Source: an uncultured Pelagibacteraceae bacterium
GTDB lineage: Bacteria > Pseudomonadota > Alphaproteobacteria > Pelagibacterales > Pelagibacteraceae
DNA: 64,000 nucleotides
Direction of reading: 5' to 3'
Assembly (NCBI GenBank): GCA_902590365.1
Contig: CACIWJ010000001.1
Location: 501-64,500 of the forward strand
Shown here: positions 1 through 9,184 of the stretch, in pieces
Layout: every line of letters starts with the position of its first letter
Numbering within the stretch: position 1 is the stretch's first letter
The notes under the pieces: model-generated
The model's input: only the letters and a program-made list of their open reading frames with translations
What the model was told of the DNA's origin: nothing
Database searches by the model: none
Position numbers and translations under genes: made by a program

Positions 1-569
1 TTGCAAAAAAACTTATTCCTAAATCTTATGGTGGTTTAATTGATTACGAAGGTCAAGTTGAGGTTATTTCAAGCATTGATAGTGAAAAAAAAGATATACC
101 AAATGATTTAAGATGGGGAGTGTATATAGTTGTTAAAGCTAAAAATCAGTATGTAAAAAATTGTTTTAAGGATTATGGAATGGTAACTGATGCTTCGGGC
201 AACTATTCTGCAATATGGAGACCATATCATTATATAGGACTTGAGTTGGCTCAATCAATCTATTCAATTGCTCTTGAAAATAAAGCAACTGGTTTTACAA
301 AATATTATAATGCAGAAGTTGCAAGTTACGCTAAAAAAAACTTAAAAGCAGGTGAAAGATTAGATGGTGAAGGAGGATATTGTGTTAGAGGAAAACTTAT
401 TAATTCAAAGAAATCAAAAGAAGAAAAAATTTTACCACTTGGCTTAACAGATGGAGCAATAACAAAAAAGAATATAAATAAAGACCAGGCAATAATGTTA
501 AGTGATGTTGAGCTTGATCTTCCTAAACAAGTGACTGACGCTAGAGAATATCAATATAATTTAATATAA
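1..569 (+). CDS. NAD(P)-dependent oxidoreductase with C-terminal SAF domain (homoserine dehydrogenase-like), 5'-truncated by window
   Basis: Frame is open from position 3 (AKKLIPKSYGGLIDYEGQVEVISS...DLRWGVYIVV) into the track ORF; motifs RPYHYIGLELAQSI and AKKNLKAGERLDGEGGY are typical of this family. Confidence 0.8.
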   Translation, partial: AKKLIPKSYGGLIDYEGQVEVISSIDSEKKDIPNDLRWGVYIVVKAKNQYVKNCFKDYGMVTDASGNYSAIWRPYHYIGLELAQSIYSIALENKATGFTKYYNAEVASYAKKNLKAGERLDGEGGYCVRGKLINSKKSKEEKILPLGLTDGAITKKNINKDQAIMLSDVELDLPKQVTDAREYQYNLI

Positions 570-627
570 AAAAATTAATTTATAACTACAATATCAAAGT
601 AAAAAATAAATTGATGATCAGAATCTT

Positions 628-1749
628 TTAAATTTTATCGAATATTTTTTTATATAATTTAACATGATAATTAATATCAAATCGATTTAGTTTTTTTCTA
701 GCAAAGTTAGTTTTTTTTTTTAAAATTTTTTTGTTTTTAAAGTGAAGAATAATTTTTTTTCCCATATTGTTAAAATCACCAACTCTAACTAAATCTCCTC
801 CTTTTCCATTTAATAAAATTTCAGATGGACCAGCATTACAATTAGTTGAGATTACTGGAATTTTTAAAGTCAAAGCCTCAACTAAAATATTTCCCATTCC
901 TTCATATCTCGACGAAAGTAACAATAAATCAGATTTTTTGATATATGGGTAAGGATTTTTAATATTATTTAAGATTATTAATTTATTTCTAATATCCAAT
1001 TTTTTAGCATTTTTGATTATATTTTCATGTTCAGGTCCATAACCGATAAGAATAAGTTTAAGTTTATTTAATTTTTGTGATGCTATTTTAAAAGCTTTTA
1101 AAGTTGTTAAATGATCTTTTCTTCTTGTAAAACGGGATACATTTATAATGTAATTAAAATTTTTATTTAAGTGAATTTTTCTTTTTGCTAAATGTAAAAT
1201 CTCTTTATCATAACCTGGGCTATAAATTGTTTTAACTTTTTTTCCAATAAATTGACTTAAATCATTACTTAATTTTTTACTTATACCTATTACAAGATCA
1301 GCATTTGGATAAGTGTATTTCATTAAAATTTTAATAATATTTTGTTTAATATTTCCCCATATGTTTTTACTGAAGTCCAATTCATCGATATGATTTCGAT
1401 CAATTAATATTTTTTTTACTCTTTTATTTTTTAAAACAGATAGTGAGGTAACAATATTAGCAAAATTTTGATTTGATATTAAAATAATTTTTTTAAAACT
1501 TTCAAATTTTTCATATTTTTTAATTAATTTTTTAAGTTCAAATATTGAAAATAAAGTTCTTTTTGCATTTAATGTTTTGAAAATAATATTTTTATTTAAT
1601 TTTTTCTTTAAAAAACTCTTGTTTAAGCTGACAAATGTAATTGAATATTTTTTTAGATCTAATCGTTCTATGAGTCTTTTGAGCGAGTTATCAGCTCCTC
1701 CAATATTTGAAAAAGGGTGAAAAAATATTAACTTAATTTTTTTTTGCAT
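628..1749 (-). CDS. Glycosyltransferase family 4 (GT-B fold)
   Basis: N-terminal GGAD, VSRFTRRKDH and C-terminal SSRYEGMGNILVEA (E-x7-E) motifs. Confidence 0.9.
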   Translation of the reverse strand: MQKKIKLIFFHPFSNIGGADNSLKRLIERLDLKKYSITFVSLNKSFLKKKLNKNIIFKTLNAKRTLFSIFELKKLIKKYEKFESFKKIILISNQNFANIVTSLSVLKNKRVKKILIDRNHIDELDFSKNIWGNIKQNIIKILMKYTYPNADLVIGISKKLSNDLSQFIGKKVKTIYSPGYDKEILHLAKRKIHLNKNFNYIINVSRFTRRKDHLTTLKAFKIASQKLNKLKLILIGYGPEHENIIKNAKKLDIRNKLIILNNIKNPYPYIKKSDLLLLSSRYEGMGNILVEALTLKIPVISTNCNAGPSEILLNGKGGDLVRVGDFNNMGKKIILHFKNKKILKKKTNFARKKLNRFDINYHVKLYKKIFDKI

Positions 1750-1779
1750 TTTAAAATATGTATCATATATATTATATTT

Positions 1780-2460
1780 ATGTTTAAAATAAGCTACATA
1801 ACAAAGAGAAAACTTTTTTCATTTTTTAGAAATATCTTTAAAAAAATTAACTTTCATATTTATTACTATAAAGAGCAGAATTATTTTAAAAATATTGAAG
1901 CTGATAATATAATAGATGTAGGTGTTGCACATGGAACAGATTTTCTATTAAAAAATTTCCCAAAAGCAAAATTCTTTCTTATTGAACCCAATCCATTTTT
2001 TTTTAATTTTATAGAAAAAAATATAATAGAAAAATATAATGGAAAATTATTCAAAGTTGCGGCAGGTAATGAAACTTGTAAAAAAAAATTTTGGCATTCT
2101 GATGAGGCATCATATATTTCTACCTTTATTCAGAGAGATGATTATAAACTTAAAAAACAAATAGATGTAAATGTTGCTAAATTAGATGATATCTTAAAAG
2201 ATGAAAAATTAAATGGTAAAAGTCTTTTAAAAATAGATACTGAAGGTTATGAGCTTGAAGTATTAAAAGGTGCCGAAGAAACACTATCCAAAGTAAACTA
2301 CCTTGTTATAGAAATTAGATTGGAAAATATACAAACTTATAACCCTTCAGAAATTATCAGCTTTTTATTCAATAAAAAATTTATTTTACATAAAATAATT
2401 AAAGTAAATTTTTATAAAAATGGAATAAGTTATATAGATGCTATATTTTTAAAAAAATAA
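1780..2460 (+). CDS. FkbM family SAM-dependent methyltransferase
   Basis: IIDVGVAHG, FLIEPNP and LLKIDTEGYELEVLKGA motifs; ATG at 1780 chosen because the TTG at 1744 overlaps the divergent gene. Confidence 0.85.
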   Translation: MFKISYITKRKLFSFFRNIFKKINFHIYYYKEQNYFKNIEADNIIDVGVAHGTDFLLKNFPKAKFFLIEPNPFFFNFIEKNIIEKYNGKLFKVAAGNETCKKKFWHSDEASYISTFIQRDDYKLKKQIDVNVAKLDDILKDEKLNGKSLLKIDTEGYELEVLKGAEETLSKVNYLVIEIRLENIQTYNPSEIISFLFNKKFILHKIIKVNFYKNGISYIDAIFLKK

Positions 2461-2463
2461 ATT

Positions 2464-3285
2464 ATGACAACTATTGATAAAATTATTTCAGAAAAATATA
2501 AAGATTTAGATAGTGTTACTATACAAAATAGTAAAGAATATAGTAAGAAAGATCCTTTCCCAAATATAATTTTTGATGATTTTTTCTCTGAAAGTTATTT
2601 AAATGAAATTTTAAAAGACTTTCCAAATTTGAATAAAACCAAACATTCTTATGAATTTAATTCAAAACAAGATAAGAAACTTGCAGCAACTTCAACTAAA
2701 ATTTTTTCTGATAAACTTCAAAGTTTTATATTTTTTTTAAATTCACATATTTTTTTGAATTTTTTACAAAATTTAACAGGAATAAAAGAAACATTAATTT
2801 CAGATCCTTATTTATGGGGTGGGGGATTACATCAAATAAACAAAGGTGGATTTTTAAAAATACATTCAGATTTTAATATTCATCCACAACTAAAATTAAA
2901 TAGAAGAATAAATCTTCTTATTTATTTGAATAAAAATTGGGAAGAAGAATGGGGGGGACATTTAGAATTGTGGAATAAAGATATGAGTAAATGTGAAAAA
3001 AAAATTTTACCTATATTTAATAGAATGGTAATTTTTAATACTAATGACTTTAGTTATCATGGTCATCCTGAGCCTATGTTGTGTCCAGATGCTCAGAGTA
3101 GAAAATCAATAGCACTTTATTATTATTCAAATGGAAGACCAGAAAGTGAAATAGATAAGAAAAACCAAATTCACAGTACTCTTTTTCAGAATAGAAAAAA
3201 TACTGATGATGATGTTGATAAAACTAAAATTGAATTTAAAAAAATTTTTGGTAAATTTTATATTAGAAAAAAATCTACATATTAA
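2464..3285 (+). CDS. 2OG-Fe(II) oxygenase (EGL9/prolyl-4-hydroxylase-like family)
   Basis: HxD (IHSDFN), distal His (SYHGHP) and 2OG-binding RxS (RKSIALYYY); also RRINLLIYLN and WGGHLELW. Confidence 0.88.
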   Translation: MTTIDKIISEKYKDLDSVTIQNSKEYSKKDPFPNIIFDDFFSESYLNEILKDFPNLNKTKHSYEFNSKQDKKLAATSTKIFSDKLQSFIFFLNSHIFLNFLQNLTGIKETLISDPYLWGGGLHQINKGGFLKIHSDFNIHPQLKLNRRINLLIYLNKNWEEEWGGHLELWNKDMSKCEKKILPIFNRMVIFNTNDFSYHGHPEPMLCPDAQSRKSIALYYYSNGRPESEIDKKNQIHSTLFQNRKNTDDDVDKTKIEFKKIFGKFYIRKKSTY

Positions 3286-3412
3286 ATATTAACTTAGTTT
3301 TATAGGATAATATGGGATAACAAGAGCATTGAGAGATAAACTAAAAAAAAATTTGATTAATGATCTTGTTAAATTATAAATGTTAGCATAAATACTTATG
3401 AAATTCACAAAT

Positions 3413-3498
3413 GCCCTCGTGGTGAAATTGGTAGACACAAAGGACTTAAAATCCTTGCCCTTTTGGGAGTGCCAGTTCGAGTCTGGCCGAGGGCACCA
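3413..3498 (+). tRNA. tRNA-Leu(TAA)
   Basis: GCCCTCG/CGAGGGC acceptor stem, AAGGA-CT-TAA-AA-TCCTT anticodon arm, long variable arm, TTCGA T-loop, encoded CCA. Confidence 0.97.
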
Positions 3499-3504
3499 TT
3501 AATT

Positions 3505-4284
3505 ATGAATGATAAATATCATTTGATTTTTGATAATAATACAAATTCAATTAGGATTAAAAATCTTATACAAAAAAAAATTAAATTAGTTTCATTAAGA
3601 AAATCTTCAGTAATAATAGTTGTCGGAGGAGATGGTTTTATGCTTCATATATTAAAAAAATTTTATAAACTTAAAAAATGCTTTTACGGTATTAATTCAG
3701 GAAACTATGGTTTTTTGATGAATAAGTTTAATTTAAATAAACTTCCAAAAAATTTACTTTCATCAAAATTAATACAAATTAATCCTTTAGAGGCACAAGT
3801 TATAACAAAAAATAATCAAAATAAAAAATCTATTGCTATTAATGAAGTTTCTGTGCTTCGACAAAGTAAACAAGCTGCCTCAGTAAAAATTTTAAATGGA
3901 AAAAAAATTATTATAAAGAAACTAGTTTCTGATGGAGTTTTGGTATCTACACCAGCGGGCAGTACAGCTTACAATCTATCAGTACATGGACCTATACTAG
4001 ATTTAAATTCAAAAAAAATTGCTATAACACCAATCAGTCCATTTAGACCAAGACGATGGAAGGGAAAAATTACTTCTGAAAAATCTAAAATTAATATAAT
4101 TAATTTAAATGCAACTAAAAGACCAATCAGTGCAGTTGCAGACAATATTGAAGTAAGAAATGCCAAACATATAAATATTAAAATTAATAAAAAAATTATT
4201 TTTAATTTATTATATGATAAAAATAACAGCTTAAATAAAAAAATTAAAATTGAGCAATTAAGAAAAGAGACTTTTAGCAACTAA
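3505..4284 (+). CDS. nadK: NAD kinase
   Basis: GGDG, NE and DG..STPAGSTAYNLS motifs; start at ATG 3505 because the upstream extension lies inside tRNA-Leu. Confidence 0.92.
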   Translation: MNDKYHLIFDNNTNSIRIKNLIQKKIKLVSLRKSSVIIVVGGDGFMLHILKKFYKLKKCFYGINSGNYGFLMNKFNLNKLPKNLLSSKLIQINPLEAQVITKNNQNKKSIAINEVSVLRQSKQAASVKILNGKKIIIKKLVSDGVLVSTPAGSTAYNLSVHGPILDLNSKKIAITPISPFRPRRWKGKITSEKSKINIINLNATKRPISAVADNIEVRNAKHINIKINKKIIFNLLYDKNNSLNKKIKIEQLRKETFSN

Positions 4285-4291
4285 CTTGGAA

Positions 4292-4366
4292 GGGACTGTA
4301 GCTCAATAGTAGAGTATCTCGTTGACATCGAGAGGGTAGTAGGAGCGTAACCTACCAGTCCCACCA
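4292..4366 (+). tRNA. tRNA-Val(GAC) with non-canonical D- and T-loops
   Basis: GGGACTG/CAGTCCC acceptor, TCTCG-TT-GAC-AT-CGAGA anticodon arm, GTAGG/CCTAC T-stem, A73 plus CCA; T-loop is AGCGTAA and D-loop is AATAGTA. Confidence 0.9.
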
Positions 4367-4378
4367 TTATATATTTTG

Positions 4379-4454
4379 TGGTGCCCCCGCACGGATTCGA
4401 ACCGCGGACCTATTGATTACAAATCAATTGCTCTACCAACTGAGCTACAAGGGC
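4379..4454 (-). tRNA. tRNA-Thr(TGT)
   Basis: Reverse complement GCCCTTGTAGCTCAGTTGGTAGAGCAATTGATTTGTAATCAATAGGTCCGCGGTTCGAATCCGTGCGGGGGCACCA folds as a canonical cloverleaf. Confidence 0.97.
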
Positions 4455-4548
4455 ACATAACTTTTGAACTGTTATAACAAAAAAAATATTTTAATCCATT
4501 TTTATTTTAATCAAGTCTAAAAGTATATATAAAGTTTAAATTTCCATA

Positions 4549-5643
4549 ATGAAAAAAAATTTATTAATTTATATTCCTTCCATAGAAGAGGGAGGAGTCG
4601 AAAAAAATTTATATATAATAAGCAAATATTTATCAAAAAAAACTTTAAATATTTCTTTATTAACTTGTAATTTTAATAAAACGAATTTGTTTGATAAGTC
4701 AATCAAATACATAGGTCCAAAAAACAATTTTTGGAACAAGAAATCTAGAAAAGTAAAAAATTTCATATGTTTAATAATATTATTTTTTAATCTTTTATTA
4801 TCTAATAAAAAATATTTAGTATTTGCCCTTCAATCAAGCATAACTGCCATAATAGTATCAAAAGTTTTTGGCAACAAGGTTGTAACTAGATCAAATTCCT
4901 CACCAGCAGGTTTTAATAAAAATTTTTTCTACATTTATTTTTACAGTTTTTTTATAAAATTTGCCGATGAAGTTATAGTTAACTCGTTTGAATTTTCTAA
5001 ATTATTTTTTAAAAAATTTAAAAAAAAGCCAATTACTATTTATAATCCTTTTTTGCCAAATGAAATTAAAAAATTAAGTAAAGTTAAAATAAAAAGATCT
5101 TTTTCACAAAAAAAATTAAATATTATAAGCGTAGGAAGACTAACTGAACAAAAAAATCATATAACTCAATTAAAAGCAATAAAATATATAAAAAAAAAAT
5201 ATAATCCTTGTTTAACTATAATAGGTAAGGGATATAAAGAAGAATATTTACAGTCATATATCAAAGCAAATAATATTCAAAAAAATGTTAAATTAATTGG
5301 TTATAAAAAAAACCCATTTCCTTATATTATTAAATCAGATATTTTAATTTTAAGTTCTAAGTTTGAAGGCTTGCCCAATATCTTATTGGAAGCTCAATAT
5401 TTAAAAAAATATATAATTTCATCAAATTGTTCTTCTGGGCCAAAAGAAATTTTATTGAATGGAAAAGCTGGAGATTTATTCAAGTCGAATGATTATAAGG
5501 GACTTGCTTATAAGATTAATTACTATTGTAAAAATAAAAACAGATTTAAAAAAAAAATATTATTAGGGTATAAAAATCTTCATAGATTTGATTATAAAAA
5601 AAATTGTCAGAAATATTATGAAATACTTAATAATTTTTTTTAA
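4549..5643 (+). CDS. Glycosyltransferase family 4 (GT-B fold)
   Basis: GGVEKN, VGRLTEQKNH and SSKFEGLPNILLEA motifs. Confidence 0.9.
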   Translation: MKKNLLIYIPSIEEGGVEKNLYIISKYLSKKTLNISLLTCNFNKTNLFDKSIKYIGPKNNFWNKKSRKVKNFICLIILFFNLLLSNKKYLVFALQSSITAIIVSKVFGNKVVTRSNSSPAGFNKNFFYIYFYSFFIKFADEVIVNSFEFSKLFFKKFKKKPITIYNPFLPNEIKKLSKVKIKRSFSQKKLNIISVGRLTEQKNHITQLKAIKYIKKKYNPCLTIIGKGYKEEYLQSYIKANNIQKNVKLIGYKKNPFPYIIKSDILILSSKFEGLPNILLEAQYLKKYIISSNCSSGPKEILLNGKAGDLFKSNDYKGLAYKINYYCKNKNRFKKKILLGYKNLHRFDYKKNCQKYYEILNNFF

Positions 5644-6370
5644 TTTTATTTATATAATGAAATACCAAAGATGCAGAATTAGATATATTCAAACTCTCAA
5701 CTTTTTGATTAATAGAAATTTTTACTATGTAGTCTGTATATTCAAGAGTATGTTTCCTAAGTCCATAACCCTCTGAACCAAATAGTAAAATATTGTTTCC
5801 TTCCCATTTTACATTTGTAAAATCTTCTTTGCCATTACTATCAAAACCATAAACCCAAAAGTTTTTTTCTCTTAAATATTTTAAAGTTGTATTTATATTA
5901 GAAACTTTAAAAATATCTGCATACTCCATGCATCCACTTGCTGATTTATACATAAGTTTACTTTCTTGTGGAAAATGTCTATCTTTTACGATTATTCCAT
6001 CAATATCAAATGAAACTAAGCTTCTAATTATTGATCCAATATTCCTAGGATCTGTTACTTCATCCAAGCAAACAATATTTAAATTTTTTTTTCCTTTTAT
6101 AAATTCTTTTAGCTTTACTTCATCCAGCGGTTCTATTTCAGCAACATAACCTTGGTGCATTAAGTTCTCTTTAGTACTATATTTATCTAGTTCTTTTTTT
6201 GTTTTAAAAAAAACCTTTACATCTTTTAATAAATTTCTTTTTTGATTTTCTCTGTGTATGGTTTTTTTGCTTTCTTCAGTTAAAAAAACCCTAAGCACCT
6301 TTCTTTTGGTATTTTTTAAAGCCTCTATAACTGGATGCTTTCCCACTATAAAAAATGATGATTTATTCAT
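5627..6370 (-). CDS. rlmB: 23S rRNA Gm2251 2'-O-methyltransferase (SpoU/TrmH family)
   Basis: HQG, LDEVTDPRNIGSIIRS, GSEGYG and ESLNIS motifs; divergent from tRNA-Tyr as is usual in Alphaproteobacteria. Confidence 0.9.
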   Translation of the reverse strand: MNKSSFFIVGKHPVIEALKNTKRKVLRVFLTEESKKTIHRENQKRNLLKDVKVFFKTKKELDKYSTKENLMHQGYVAEIEPLDEVKLKEFIKGKKNLNIVCLDEVTDPRNIGSIIRSLVSFDIDGIIVKDRHFPQESKLMYKSASGCMEYADIFKVSNINTTLKYLREKNFWVYGFDSNGKEDFTNVKWEGNNILLFGSEGYGLRKHTLEYTDYIVKISINQKVESLNISNSASLVFHYINKIKKNY

Positions 6371-6424
6371 AAAATATTACTTGTTTTACACGTTTTTTTG
6401 TAACTTTTGCTAAAAATTCTCATA

Positions 6425-6452
6425 TTGCATTTATGGGATAAAAATATATAAA
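6425..6452 (+). promoter_or_regulatory. Putative sigma70 promoter of the tRNA-Tyr/tRNA-Gly/tuf operon
   Basis: TTGCAT-N16-TATAAA about 55 bp upstream of tRNA-Tyr; AT-rich background lowers specificity. Confidence 0.5.
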
Positions 6453-6507
6453 ACGCATGTTGTTTAAGGTTTTATTTAACAAGGGAGCGCTTCCCCTACT
6501 TTTAGGA

Positions 6508-6593
<86 letters not shown>

Positions 6594-6633
6594 TAAATAA
6601 AGTTTTAATAACTTGGAGTGAGTTCTTGGTTAC

Positions 6634-6707
6634 GCGGGTGTAGTTCAATGGTAGAACGCTAGCCTTCCAAGCTGGATGTAAGGGTTCGATTCCCTTTACC
6701 CGCTCCA
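6634..6707 (+). tRNA. tRNA-Gly(TCC)
   Basis: GCGGGTG/TACCCGC acceptor, CT-TCC-AA loop, TTCGATT, T73 plus CCA. Confidence 0.97.
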
Positions 6708-6740
6708 AAAATTAAAAAATTAAAGTGAGGTAAAAAAGTA

Positions 6741-7931
6741 ATGTCGAAGGAAAAATTTAATAGAAATAAACCACATGCTAACGTTGGTACTATTGGTCAT
6801 GTGGACCATGGTAAAACAACACTAACTGCAGCTATTACAAAAGTTTTGGCTGAAAAAGGTGGTGCAAAATTTGTAGCATATGATCAAATTGATAAAGCAC
6901 CGGAAGAAAAAGAAAGAGGAATCACAATAGCAACTGCTCACGTTGAGTACGAAAGTGATAAAAGACATTACGCTCACGTAGATTGTCCAGGACACGCTGA
7001 CTACGTTAAGAATATGATAACTGGTGCCGCACAAATGGATGGAGCGATATTAGTTGTGAATGCTGCTGATGGTCCAATGCCACAAACTAGAGAGCATATT
7101 CTTTTAGCAAGACAAGTTGGTGTTCCAGCAATTGTAGTATTCTTAAATAAAGTTGATCAAGTTAAAGACAAAGAATTGATTGATCTTGTTGAAGAAGAAA
7201 TAAAAGAACTATTAACATCTTATAAATTCCCGGGAGATAAAACTCCTATTATAAAAGGCTCAGCTTTAGCTGCTGTTGAAGGAAAAGATGATGAAATTGG
7301 AAAAAATGCTATATTAGAATTAGTTAAAGCTATTGATGAGCATATTCCACAACCAGATAGACCAAAAGACAAACCTTTTTTAATGCCTGTTGAAGATGTT
7401 TTTTCAATTTCAGGAAGAGGAACAGTTGTAACTGGAAGAGTAGAACAAGGTGTTATAAAAACTGGCGAAGAAATAGAAATAATTGGAATAAGAGATACTA
7501 AAAAATCAGTTTGTACTGGTGTAGAGATGTTTAGAAAAATATTAGACACAGGTGAAGCAGGTGATAATATCGGAGCATTATTAAGAGGTGTTGAAAGAAC
7601 TGATGTTGAAAGAGGTCAAGTTTTAGCAAAACCTGGATCAGTAACTCCACATACTAAGTTTGAAGCTCAAGCATACGTTCTTAAAAAAGAAGAAGGTGGA
7701 AGACATACACCTTTTTTTACTAAGTATAGACCTCAGTTTTATTTTAGAACAACAGACGTTACAGGTGAAGTAGAACTTCCAGCGGGAACAGAAATGGTAA
7801 TGCCAGGAGATGATGCTAAATTTACTGTTAAATTAATTACACCAATTGCGATGAGCGAAAAATTAAATTTTGCAATTCGTGAAGGTGGTAGAACTGTAGG
7901 AGCTGGAGTAGTAACAAAAATTTTAGAGTAA
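6741..7931 (+). CDS. tuf: Elongation factor Tu
   Basis: [26 protein letters not shown]; GAGG SD upstream. Confidence 0.99.
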   Translation: MSKEKFNRNKPHANVGTIGHVDHGKTTLTAAITKVLAEKGGAKFVAYDQIDKAPEEKERGITIATAHVEYESDKRHYAHVDCPGHADYVKNMITGAAQMDGAILVVNAADGPMPQTREHILLARQVGVPAIVVFLNKVDQVKDKELIDLVEEEIKELLTSYKFPGDKTPIIKGSALAAVEGKDDEIGKNAILELVKAIDEHIPQPDRPKDKPFLMPVEDVFSISGRGTVVTGRVEQGVIKTGEEIEIIGIRDTKKSVCTGVEMFRKILDTGEAGDNIGALLRGVERTDVERGQVLAKPGSVTPHTKFEAQAYVLKKEEGGRHTPFFTKYRPQFYFRTTDVTGEVELPAGTEMVMPGDDAKFTVKLITPIAMSEKLNFAIREGGRTVGAGVVTKILE

Positions 7932-7939
7932 GCTCCCAT

Positions 7940-8015
7940 AGGAGTGTAGCTCAATTGGTAGAGCGCCGGTCTCCAAAACCGGAGGTTGGGGGTTCGATTC
8001 CCTCCGCTCCTGCCA
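7940..8015 (+). tRNA. tRNA-Trp(CCA)
   Basis: AGGAGTG/CGCTCCT acceptor, CT-CCA-AA loop, G73 plus CCA; usual position before secE. Confidence 0.97.
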
Positions 8016-8034
8016 AATATAGATTAGAAATTTT

Positions 8035-8226
8035 ATGATTAATCCTTTAAAATTTATCCAAGATGTTAAACAAGAGGCTTTCAAAGTAACATGGCCAACT
8101 GGAAAAGAGACAGTGCAAGGTGCTTTAATGGTTGTTGCAATGGCAATAGTTGCTGCAATTTTTTTCCTTCTTTTAGATCAAATTTTAAAATTTTTTTTAG
8201 AATTAATTCTTAAGGTAAGCATTTAA
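8035..8226 (+). CDS. secE: Preprotein translocase subunit SecE
   Basis: KVTWP motif plus one TM helix; synteny with tRNA-Trp and nusG. Confidence 0.95.
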   Translation: MINPLKFIQDVKQEAFKVTWPTGKETVQGALMVVAMAIVAAIFFLLLDQILKFFLELILKVSI

Positions 8227-8756
8227 TGAAAAATTGGTATATAGTACAGTCACACTCAAGTTTTGAAAATAAAGTTGCTCAGCTAATTAAAGAGGAGGCT
8301 GAAAAAGCTAAAATATCAGAAAAATTTGAAGAAATTGTAGTACCTACCCATGATATTACAGAGGTTAAAAGAGGAAAAAGAGTACAAAGGAAAAAAAAAT
8401 ATTTTCCTGGTTATGTATTAATAAAAAGTGAAATGGATAATAATATTTATCATATGATAAAAGGAATTAAAAAAGTAAGTGGTTTTTTAGGATCTAAAGG
8501 AATACCTGCACCAGTATCGGATAAAGAAATAGAAAAAATATTAGGTCAAATAAAGGATGGTGTGACTCAACAACAAAATGCAATTGAATATTCAGTTGGA
8601 GAAAAAGTCCAAGTTATTGATGGTCCATTCGCATCATTTAATGGAATGGTTGAAGATATAGATGAAGAAAAACTAAGACTTAAGGTTTCAGTTTTAATTT
8701 TTGGAAGACCAACTCCAGTAGAATTAGAGTATAATCAAGTTGAAAAGGTTAGTTAA
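8226..8756 (+). CDS. nusG: Transcription factor NusG
   Basis: WYIV, FPGYVL and KOW domain (DGPFASF...[10 protein letters not shown]). Confidence 0.98.
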   Translation: MKNWYIVQSHSSFENKVAQLIKEEAEKAKISEKFEEIVVPTHDITEVKRGKRVQRKKKYFPGYVLIKSEMDNNIYHMIKGIKKVSGFLGSKGIPAPVSDKEIEKILGQIKDGVTQQQNAIEYSVGEKVQVIDGPFASFNGMVEDIDEEKLRLKVSVLIFGRPTPVELEYNQVEKVS

Positions 8757-9184
8757 TGGCAAAAAAAGAAGTTACAGGTTTTGTAAAATTACAAATTAAA
8801 GGTGGACAAGCTAACCCTGCGCCACCAGTTGGGCCAGCTTTAGGACAACGTGGTATTAATATAATGGAATTTTGTAAAGCATTTAATGAAAAGACTAAAG
8901 ATTTTATGGGGAAACCAGTTCCTGTAGTTATAACTGTTTACAAAGATAAAAAATTTGATTTTGTAATAAAATCTCCACCTGCATCACATTTTATTAAAGA
9001 AGCAGCAAAACTTAAAGGAGGTTCACAGGAACCAGGCAGAAATATAGTAGCCTCAATTACAAAAAAACAAGCTGAAGATATAGCAAAAAAAAAAATGAAA
9101 GATCTAAACGCGCATGATCTAGAACAAGCTACAAAAATAATAATGGGATCAGCTCGATCAATGGGTATAGAGGTAAAAGAATAA
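8756..9184 (+). CDS. rplK: 50S ribosomal protein L11
   Basis: [15 protein letters not shown]. Confidence 0.99.
   Translation: MAKKEVTGFVKLQIKGGQANPAPPVGPALGQRGINIMEFCKAFNEKTKDFMGKPVPVVITVYKDKKFDFVIKSPPASHFIKEAAKLKGGSQEPGRNIVASITKKQAEDIAKKKMKDLNAHDLEQATKIIMGSARSMGIEVKE

Noticed and set aside
711-721. T11 run in the GT4 gene as a phase-variation tract
   Set aside because: Similar A/T runs occur in housekeeping genes such as rplK because of Lys codons, and the frame is intact.
3463-3504. N-terminal extension of the nadK ORF (MGVPVRVWPRAP)
   Set aside because: It is the 3' half of tRNA-Leu read as codons.
3286-4548. Integrative element or att site at the tRNA genes
   Set aside because: No integrase and no duplicated tRNA 3' end seen; the shared GGGCACCA is just the two tRNA termini.
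6481-6503. GC-rich stretch GGGAGCGCTTCCC before tRNA-Tyr as a terminator
   Set aside because: The stem is only 4-5 bp and it lies inside the presumed tRNA operon leader; not enough support.
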